A program made the translations under genes and the position numbers. From positions 1 through 42,630 of the forward strand of contig JAVQXK010000001.1 of the NCBI GenBank assembly GCA_033578305.1: a stretch of DNA of 42,630 bases, in the 5' to 3' direction. The DNA comes from Bacteroidia bacterium. GTDB taxonomy: Bacteria; Bacteroidota; Bacteroidia; JANWVE01. The notes under the pieces were generated by a model. The model was not told the origin of the DNA. It saw only the letters and a program-made list of their open reading frames with translations, and did not search any database. Below, piece after piece: positions 36,088 through 42,630 of the stretch (position 1 is its first letter; every line of letters begins with the position of its first letter).

Positions 36088-36113
36088 AGTATTTTACTAC
36101 TATTTTTAGATAG

Positions 36114-37163
36114 TCATTTCTCAAATTTACTTTTAGTTACCTTATTCACTATTGCTGATTTTTCTAATGGAAGTTTAGAAGGTCGATGCTCATCATCAAT
36201 TTTTTTATATTGTGCTTCGGCTTGTCTAAAACCAAAATCAGGAACTAGTTTGTGTACTTTATGATTCTGAGCAATTACTGAGGTACGTTTAATATTAGCA
36301 TTTCCTTCAATTATCCAGTCAGAAGTTTTTTTCTTCTCAAAGCGGCAGGTATTACAAATGAAATCTTTTACTTCCCCATATTCATCCTTGCGTGCAGTAA
36401 CACGAAGCACCTCTGAACCTTGGTACCAAAGTATAACCTCTCCTTTACATTTATCACAATTTCGGTGAGCATTTACAGGTTTCGTAAACCAAACTCTACT
36501 CTTAAATCGGAAGGTTTTATCAGTTAAAGCTCCTACGGGACAGACATCTATTACATTTCCTGAAAAGTCGTTATTAATCACATTTTCAATATAGGTACCA
36601 ATCTCAGCAGCATCACCTCGTTTAAGAACTCCATGAACACGCTTATCTGTGATTTGATCTGCTACATAAACACAACGATAGCATAAAATACAGCGCGTCA
36701 TGTGAAGCTGTATTTTATCCCCAATATCTATTTTTTCAAAAGTTCTACGCTCTTCTTCATATCTTGTCCCTGAAACGCCGTGTTGGTAGCTAAGATCTTG
36801 TAAATGGCATTCACCTGCCTGGTCGCAAATAGGACAATCCAACGGATGGTTAATAAGTAAAAATTCTACCACTCCTCTACGCGCCTCTAATACTTCTTCA
36901 TTGATAGAATTTTCTACTACCATACCATCCTGCACAGCAGTAATACACGAAGGTACAAGTTTAGGCATTGGACGCGGATCCTTTGCAGAACTCTGCGTTA
37001 CTTTTACCAAGCAAGTACGGCATTTTCCACCACTTCCCTGTAGTTTAGAGTAATAACACATAGCAGGTGGTACGATATTGCCACCAATCATGCGAGCAGC
37101 TTGTAAAATAGTAGTACCTTGTGGGACATCTATTTGTATATTATCAATAGTTACTTTCAGCAT
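36114..37163 (-). CDS. nuoG: NADH-quinone oxidoreductase subunit G (short form lacking the molybdopterin-like C-terminal domain)
   Basis: N-terminal 2Fe-2S motif (C..GKCRTC), the His-ligated cluster HPLDCPICDQAGEC, a 4Fe-4S motif CILCYRCVYV, and CPVGALT. 349 aa. Confidence 0.8.
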   Translation of the reverse strand: MLKVTIDNIQIDVPQGTTILQAARMIGGNIVPPAMCYYSKLQGSGGKCRTCLVKVTQSSAKDPRPMPKLVPSCITAVQDGMVVENSINEEVLEARRGVVEFLLINHPLDCPICDQAGECHLQDLSYQHGVSGTRYEEERRTFEKIDIGDKIQLHMTRCILCYRCVYVADQITDKRVHGVLKRGDAAEIGTYIENVINNDFSGNVIDVCPVGALTDKTFRFKSRVWFTKPVNAHRNCDKCKGEVILWYQGSEVLRVTARKDEYGEVKDFICNTCRFEKKKTSDWIIEGNANIKRTSVIAQNHKVHKLVPDFGFRQAEAQYKKIDDEHRPSKLPLEKSAIVNKVTKSKFEK

Positions 37164-37242
37164 AAGTATTAGGTTATTAGGGTTTGAATTATCTTCTTAT
37201 TTTTATTTCATATATTAGGTTTCTTTCAAAAAAAGGTTCAAA

Positions 37243-37461
37243 TCATATTAATTGCCTCGCTCCAAGAAGGCTGTTTTGTAATTTCTCCTCATTTTTTAGT
37301 ATATTTTTGCCATACTTGCGTTTTATATTTATATATAAGAATCCTTCCCAAATTTCATAGTCTCGCACAACTTCTTGCAATTTCTCAAAATCCTTTTTCT
37401 CCGCTGCCGAAGTTTTTACTTCTAAATTTTCGTGTGTAACGTTATTAAATAAAAAGAACAT
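37243..37461 (-). CDS. Hypothetical 72-aa protein in the slot where nuoF would be expected
   Basis: ORF MFFLFNNVTHENLEVKTSAAEKKDFEKLQ... with no recognisable similarity to NuoF. Coding status uncertain. Confidence 0.25.
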   Translation of the reverse strand: MFFLFNNVTHENLEVKTSAAEKKDFEKLQEVVRDYEIWEGFLYINIKRKYGKNILKNEEKLQNSLLGARQLI

Positions 37462-37628
37462 CAGGAGTAGGGCTTAACCTTTGTTTCATCTACCATCATT
37501 TCAGACAAGGGTTCAAAAGGAATTTTTCCTTGTCTATATAGCCAATCCGACCGTGCTATCAACTTGCGTATTACTCGTTGATGCTCTTTGGGAGCATTTA
37601 CTCCCGTTACCATTACGTCTAACATAAA

Positions 37629-38171
37629 CTAAATCCATTCAGTAGCTATCAATTCGTCAATTTTAGCAGGAGTAAGGTTTTCATAGTATTTGTAAGCTCC
37701 GTCCATACTTTTCAATTTTACTTGCAGGCAGGGGGCTCCCCCACACGCTGCTAAACATTCTACGGTTTTGAGAGTAAAGCGTTTATCAGGAGTAGTTTCG
37801 TTTACATGAATACCTAACTTCTGTTCCAAATACTCAAGAATTTCATCTGCCCCACAAATCATACATGGTCCTGTACGACAAACTTCTAATACATATTTGC
37901 CCACAGGTTCAAGGTGAAACATGGTGTAAAAGGTAGCCACTTCGTACACCTCAATTGGTTGGATATTTAGGAGCTCGGCTATGTAATCCATTACATTCAC
38001 ACTAATCCAACCGAATTGAGTTTGAGCGATGTGTAAGATAGGCAATATAGCCGATTTTTGCTTGCCCTCTGGGTAGCGTTTAATAATTTCTTGTACTTTA
38101 GCAAGATTCTCTTCTGTAAACTTTGCTCCCACGTGGTAGCTCCTGTCAGTATTAAAACGATAAGCAGACAT
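37629..38171 (-). CDS. nuoE: NADH-quinone oxidoreductase subunit E (24-kDa, 2Fe-2S)
   Basis: 180 aa with the four Cys arranged CRTGPCMICG...CLAACGGAPC typical of NuoE. Confidence 0.85.
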   Translation of the reverse strand: MSAYRFNTDRSYHVGAKFTEENLAKVQEIIKRYPEGKQKSAILPILHIAQTQFGWISVNVMDYIAELLNIQPIEVYEVATFYTMFHLEPVGKYVLEVCRTGPCMICGADEILEYLEQKLGIHVNETTPDKRFTLKTVECLAACGGAPCLQVKLKSMDGAYKYYENLTPAKIDELIATEWI

Positions 38172-38221
38172 TTTTTATTTTTAATCAGAATAATATTTTG
38201 AAATAATACTCTTTGTAACTC

Positions 38222-39484
38222 TTATGCATCAAGTTCTCCTGCAATTACGTTAAGGCTACTCATGGTTACTATTGCGTCAGAAAGTTGTTGCCCTACACAC
38301 ATTTCAGGATAGGCTTGATAATAGATAAAACAAGGTCTTCTAAAATGTAAGCGATATGGGGTACGTCCTCCATCCGAAATAAGGTAAAATCCTAACTCCC
38401 CGTTAGCACCTTCTACAGAATGATAAACCTCTCCTACTGGCGCATCAATTTCACCCATTATAATTTTGAAGTGATAGATCAATGCTTCCATTTTTGTATA
38501 AACATCTATTTTGGGCGGTAGATAGTAGCGAGAGTCATTAGCATAATAACTTCCTTCTGCCTTAGGCAATTTTTCTAAGGCTTGCTCAATGATGCGAAGG
38601 CTCTGCCACATCTCTTCATTACGTACCATAAAACGGTCGTAGCTATCACCATGTTGCCCAACAGGGATATCAAATTCAAAATCTTGATACCCTGAATAAG
38701 GGTTCATGACACGTACATCATAATCTACGCCTGTAGCTCGTAGGTTAGGACCTGTAAAACCGTAATTTATAGCCCTCTCTGCTGAAATAGCTCCCACCCC
38801 GATAGTTCTATCCATAAAAATACGATTTCGATTAAACAATTTTTCAAACTCCCGCATCACAGGAGGAAATTCTTTTACAAATTTCTTGATCTTAGCGAGA
38901 GCTGTTTCAGAAAAATCACGTTCCATGCCACCAATTCTACCCATGTTCGTGGTAAGTCTTGCCCCACATACCTCTTCATATATTTCGTAGATATGTTCGC
39001 GCTGCTGAAAAAGATATAAGAAACCCGTAAAAGCTCCTGTATCCACTCCTAAAATAGAATTACAAATTATATGGTCGGCGATGCGTGCTAGTTCCATCAT
39101 AATTACACGCATGTATTGTGCTTTTTGCGGAACTTGCACTCCTAAGAGCTTTTCTACTGTCATCCACCAACCCAGGTTATTGATAGGTGCAGAACAGTAA
39201 TTCAAACGGTCTGTAAGGGGAGTAATTTGGTAGAAAGGTCTGTGTTCTGCAATTTTTTCAAATGCTCTATGAATATAGCCAATTGTAGGTACTCCTGATA
39301 CTATTTTTTCCCCATCCATCTGTAAGACATTCTGGAAAACACCATGCGTAGCAGGATGTGTAGGACCTAAATTGACCGTAGTAAGTTCATTAAGATAAAC
39401 AGCATCTTCTACCACTAAATTTTTTGAACCTAGTTCCTTCAAAAGGGCTTCGTCTTTTTCTATAACCGCTAATTGATTTGCCAT
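38222..39484 (-). CDS. nuoD: NADH-quinone oxidoreductase subunit D (49-kDa)
   Basis: 420 aa. NuoD motifs LNLGPTHPATHGV, RIGGMERD and the C-terminal ...PCFIYYQA... region. Confidence 0.9.
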   Translation of the reverse strand: MANQLAVIEKDEALLKELGSKNLVVEDAVYLNELTTVNLGPTHPATHGVFQNVLQMDGEKIVSGVPTIGYIHRAFEKIAEHRPFYQITPLTDRLNYCSAPINNLGWWMTVEKLLGVQVPQKAQYMRVIMMELARIADHIICNSILGVDTGAFTGFLYLFQQREHIYEIYEEVCGARLTTNMGRIGGMERDFSETALAKIKKFVKEFPPVMREFEKLFNRNRIFMDRTIGVGAISAERAINYGFTGPNLRATGVDYDVRVMNPYSGYQDFEFDIPVGQHGDSYDRFMVRNEEMWQSLRIIEQALEKLPKAEGSYYANDSRYYLPPKIDVYTKMEALIYHFKIIMGEIDAPVGEVYHSVEGANGELGFYLISDGGRTPYRLHFRRPCFIYYQAYPEMCVGQQLSDAIVTMSSLNVIAGELDA

Positions 39485-39526
39485 ATTGTAGGTATTATAA
39501 AATAAATTTTTGAGCTTGCCTAAATA

Positions 39527-40033
39527 TTATCTACCAAAATATAAATCCTCTTTATCCCTGCGAGTAGCATCTTCTAAAGGATACTCTTTTCGCATGGGGT
39601 GATAATCCATATCATCTACATTCAAAATGCGTGTGAGGTTAGGATGTCCGTCAAAAATAATTCCATAAAAATCATAGGTTTCCCGCTCTTGCCAATTCGC
39701 TGAGGCATAAAGTTTAGTAAGGGTAGGTACTCTTGGATTTTCTATAGGTACAAAAGTTTTTACACGTAGATAGATATTATGTAGCCAACTATGCACATGA
39801 TATACTACACCGAGTTCCTTTCCTTTATTGTCAGGAAAATGTACGCCGCACAAGTCAGTTAGAAAACGAAACTGAAATTGCTTATGAAAAAATAAATATT
39901 CAAACAATTCAGGAATTTTTGCGGGCTCACACGTAAAGGTGAGCATACCATACGGCACTTCAATATCAGAAATGCTATTCCCAAATTGACTAATTAGGTC
40001 TTCTATAATAATTTGATGCGAAAGCTCTGCCAT
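39527..40033 (-). CDS. nuoC: NADH-quinone oxidoreductase subunit C (30-kDa)
   Basis: 168 aa. The ...WQERETYDFYGIIFDGHPNLTRIL... region is typical of NuoC. Confidence 0.85.
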   Translation of the reverse strand: MAELSHQIIIEDLISQFGNSISDIEVPYGMLTFTCEPAKIPELFEYLFFHKQFQFRFLTDLCGVHFPDNKGKELGVVYHVHSWLHNIYLRVKTFVPIENPRVPTLTKLYASANWQERETYDFYGIIFDGHPNLTRILNVDDMDYHPMRKEYPLEDATRRDKEDLYFGR

Positions 40034-40101
40034 GGATAATTTTTAGATTTGATTTTACTTTTACACCTAACTTAACAATATTCTTAAATCTTGGTTAGGT
40101 C

Positions 40102-40653
40102 CTAACTCACCTGAATATTATACGAAGCTAATAGCTTTTGATATTCCTCTGAGTTTCTGCGTCTAAGACTTTCATTTTTGGCTAATTCTTGGATTTTAAG
40201 CAATCCTTCAATAATTTGCTCAGGGCGAGGAGGACAACCTGGTACATAGACATCCACAGGTATTACACGGTCAATACCTTGCAAAACGCTGTATGTATCA
40301 AAAATCCCACCACTAGAGGCACATGCTCCTACGGCGATTACCCAACGAGGCTCTACCATTTGCTCATATACTTGACGCACCACAGGTGCCATCTTCTTGG
40401 CAATTGTTCCCATCACCATAAGTAAATCGGCTTGGCGTGGTGAGAAACTTGGCCTCTCTGCTCCAAAGCGGGCTATATCGTAGTGCGAACCCATCGTAGC
40501 CATAAATTCTATCCCACAGCACGAGGTAGCGAAGGGAAGAGGCCACAAGGAATTAGCGCGAGCTAACCCAATAACCTTATCAAAACTTGTGGCAAAAAAA
40601 CCTTGCCCTTGATAGCCCTCAGGAGCCTCTACCATTTTAGGAGTAACTGACAT
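40102..40653 (-). CDS. nuoB: NADH-quinone oxidoreductase subunit B (20-kDa, N2 cluster)
   Basis: Motifs [23 protein letters not shown] and PGCPPRP, which carry the Cys ligands of cluster N2. Confidence 0.9.
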   Translation of the reverse strand: MSVTPKMVEAPEGYQGQGFFATSFDKVIGLARANSLWPLPFATSCCGIEFMATMGSHYDIARFGAERPSFSPRQADLLMVMGTIAKKMAPVVRQVYEQMVEPRWVIAVGACASSGGIFDTYSVLQGIDRVIPVDVYVPGCPPRPEQIIEGLLKIQELAKNESLRRRNSEEYQKLLASYNIQVS

Positions 40654-40751
40654 ATATTTTTAAGTTTAGAAGTTTCACAATCAAAATACAGACTATACTT
40701 ATTAATGTAACTTGTGTATTATTCAAAATGTTTAACTTTCTAAGGCTAACG

Positions 40752-41783
40752 TTACCTTTGAAGGACTAACATAACGATTGCAGTAAGGAATATATTTAGG
40801 ATAGCTAGTGGTAAAAGCCCTTTCCAACCTAAGTTCATGAGTTGGTCATAACGGAAGCGGGGCAGAGTCCAGCGTACCCACATAAAGAAAAATACCCCAA
40901 ACAATCCTTTAACAAACAATACACCTACCCCAATCAATGTAGCAATATTTTGCCCTAAACTCTTTTCTATCCAGCTCATAAAAGGATAGGTATAACCTCC
41001 AAAGTACAAAGTAGCTATCACAATGCTAGAAATAAACATATTGATATACTCTGCAAACAGGTAAAAACCTAACTTCATGCTGCTGTATTCAGTGTGATAG
41101 CCACCAATTAATTCCGTCTCGCACTCAGGCAAATCAAAAGGAGTACGATTACATTCAGCAAAAGCACAAGTAAGGAAAATAATAAAGCCTAAGGGCTGAT
41201 AAAATACATTCCAAACAGTACGCTGTTGCTCTACAATTTCTCGCAAAGAGAGCGAGCCTGTCATTATGATTATGGCAACAATTGATAAGCCCATAGCTAA
41301 TTCGTAGCTAATATTTTGTGAAGCAGCACGAATTGCCCCCAAGAGGGAGAATTTATTATTTGAGGCCCAGCCCCCTATCATAATACCGTATACCCCCAAA
41401 GCCACAATAGCAAATACATATAAGATACCGATATTTGCCTCTACTGCCTGAATATTAAACTTGAAATCTCCAAACTGCAAGGTACCTCCAAAAGGGATAA
41501 CGGCACTAGTCATGCAAGCAGCTAACATTGCCATCGAAGGACCTGCAATAAACAGCCATTTGTTAGCTTGCATCGGAATAAACTCTTCCTTAAAAAACAT
41601 TTTAGCTGCATCGGCAATTGGTTGTAGTAAGCCCCAGGGGCCTGCTCGGTTCGGTCCTATGCGGTCTTGTAAGAAAGCAGCTACTTTACGTTCAGCGTAT
41701 GTAGAGTAGGTAGCTACCAAGAGAGTAATTCCAAATACAAGCAAGATAATTAAGCCTTTTACTAAAAAAAGTTCTAATGTCAT
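40752..41783 (-). CDS. nuoH: NADH-quinone oxidoreductase subunit H
   Basis: 343 aa polytopic protein. AERKVAAFLQDRIGPNRAGPWGLLQPIADAAK is the conserved ND1/NuoH N-terminal signature. It sits immediately upstream of nuoB, which is a non-canonical order. Confidence 0.9.
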   Translation of the reverse strand: MTLELFLVKGLIILLVFGITLLVATYSTYAERKVAAFLQDRIGPNRAGPWGLLQPIADAAKMFFKEEFIPMQANKWLFIAGPSMAMLAACMTSAVIPFGGTLQFGDFKFNIQAVEANIGILYVFAIVALGVYGIMIGGWASNNKFSLLGAIRAASQNISYELAMGLSIVAIIIMTGSLSLREIVEQQRTVWNVFYQPLGFIIFLTCAFAECNRTPFDLPECETELIGGYHTEYSSMKLGFYLFAEYINMFISSIVIATLYFGGYTYPFMSWIEKSLGQNIATLIGVGVLFVKGLFGVFFFMWVRWTLPRFRYDQLMNLGWKGLLPLAILNIFLTAIVMLVLQR

Positions 41784-41951
41784 ACTTAAAGCAATTGATT
41801 TTCAATTTTCTGCAAATTTTGTACTTTTTTTTGAAAAAGCAAATAAACTTTGTAGGATATATGCTTCTTTTAAATTTTAGTTTCTATTTTTAAGCCGTCA
41901 AATGAGCTATCGGCATAAACTATTGATTAAATTTAACTTAAGAAATAAATC

Positions 41952-42630
41952 ATGCTTTTTCGCTGGTGGAAGCAAGCCCTCAATAATGGTATTCACGAAG
42001 GCTTAGAACTTTTGACGAGCCGCCAAGTAAAGACAGTCAACGGCTTAAATACTATAGCTTCTTTGTTCCTTATAGGATATGTATTAATTAACCTTTTCAC
42101 AAAAAACTATCAAGCCCTCTTCTTAGACCTCGCCATTTTAGGCTTAGTCTGTTTTCCTATCTACTGGCTACACCGCCAAAGGAAGTATACTTACGGAAAA
42201 GTCTGGGCATTCTTTACGGTGAATATTTTACTTATGTTAGTTGCTACTGTTAATGAACTCAACCGTAGTATTTCTAATACTTCTGTTATTTTGATAGGGC
42301 TTTCAGTGCTTTCAGTATTACTTTTTGACGGCAGGGCAAAATATTTTGCCGCATTTTTTGCCTTCTTATGTTATGTCTTCTCACACTTGACTTTTCTATA
42401 CATAGCTAACAAAAACTTCAATATAGAGAATGTCTTGTATATGATAAATGCCATGGTGGCTATTGCAATCATTTTTACGATTACTAACCTCTATAAAGAA
42501 GATTTTATTGCCTCACAGCGGTTTATCTTAGAGCGAAACGAGGAAATTGAGCAAAGAAATGCAGATATGATTGAAAGCATCAGCTATGCTGAAAGAATAC
42601 AAAAGGCATTACTTCCCCAAGAACAAAACT
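41952..42630 (+). CDS. Membrane-anchored PP2C/SpoIIE-type serine phosphatase (N-terminal part; the gene runs off the right edge)
   Basis: Open frame from ATG 41952 to the window end (226 codons, no stop). About five TM helices, then a coiled coil, then ISYAERIQKALLPQ, which matches the conserved start of RsbU/SpoIIE-type PP2C domains. Confidence 0.5.
   Translation, partial: MLFRWWKQALNNGIHEGLELLTSRQVKTVNGLNTIASLFLIGYVLINLFTKNYQALFLDLAILGLVCFPIYWLHRQRKYTYGKVWAFFTVNILLMLVATVNELNRSISNTSVILIGLSVLSVLLFDGRAKYFAAFFAFLCYVFSHLTFLYIANKNFNIENVLYMINAMVAIAIIFTITNLYKEDFIASQRFILERNEEIEQRNADMIESISYAERIQKALLPQEQN

Noticed and set aside
1-42630. Looked for tRNA or rRNA genes, CRISPR arrays, and transposase, integrase or IS ends
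   Set aside because: No GGTTCGAATCC-type T-loops were found; the only TTCGA hits lie in coding or AT-rich spacer DNA. There are no regularly spaced direct repeats of 25-40 bp and no ORFs with DDE, tyrosine-recombinase or serine-recombinase motifs. The rearranged nuo layout therefore has no visible mobile element to explain it.

Overview
This 42.6-kb window looks like a low-GC Bacteroidota-type chromosomal segment. Two large exported proteins end in T9SS (Por) C-terminal sorting domains, many + strand genes carry TAnnTTTG-like -7 boxes, and lipoprotein boxes are present. I called about 38 protein-coding genes, no tRNA or rRNA, no CRISPR, and no transposase or integrase.

The most striking result is that 13 of the 14 complex I (nuo) genes lie inside the window but are split into six blocks on both strands:
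- nuoA alone
- nuoL, a short Uma2-like ORF, nuoM, nuoN
- nuoK, nuoJ
- nuoI alone
- nuoH-B-C-D-E, a 72-aa ORF, nuoG (non-canonical order)
- nuoF is absent from its expected slot between nuoE and nuoG.

Unrelated modules sit between the nuo blocks:
- Glycogen and maltose metabolism: a GH31 alpha-glucosidase, GlgB, GlgE and an SLC45-like sugar transporter with an extra loop of roughly 155 aa.
- A three-gene chemosensory module (CheA with a fused CheW domain, a CheC-like protein, CheB) between nuoJK and nuoI.
- A membrane protein with a C-terminal HTH, transcribed divergently from the transporter.
- Homogentisate dioxygenase, an S41 peptidase, an Hsp20, an imelysin-like lipoprotein, a TPR/LuxR regulator, a glycine-rich T9SS cargo protein, and a membrane PP2C phosphatase truncated at the right edge.

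Non-coding observations:
- Four phased TACTACAA octamers upstream of the TPR/LuxR gene.
- A TTTGCAC[CG] motif recurring at promoters, including one copy with no downstream ORF that faces a terminator about 180 nt away (possible sRNA).
- A perfect 26-bp palindrome between nuoJ and cheB.
- A TRL-like lipoprotein gene broken by an in-frame TAA.
- Three clean intrinsic terminators.

All functional calls rest on motifs I recognised by eye. No database search was run.
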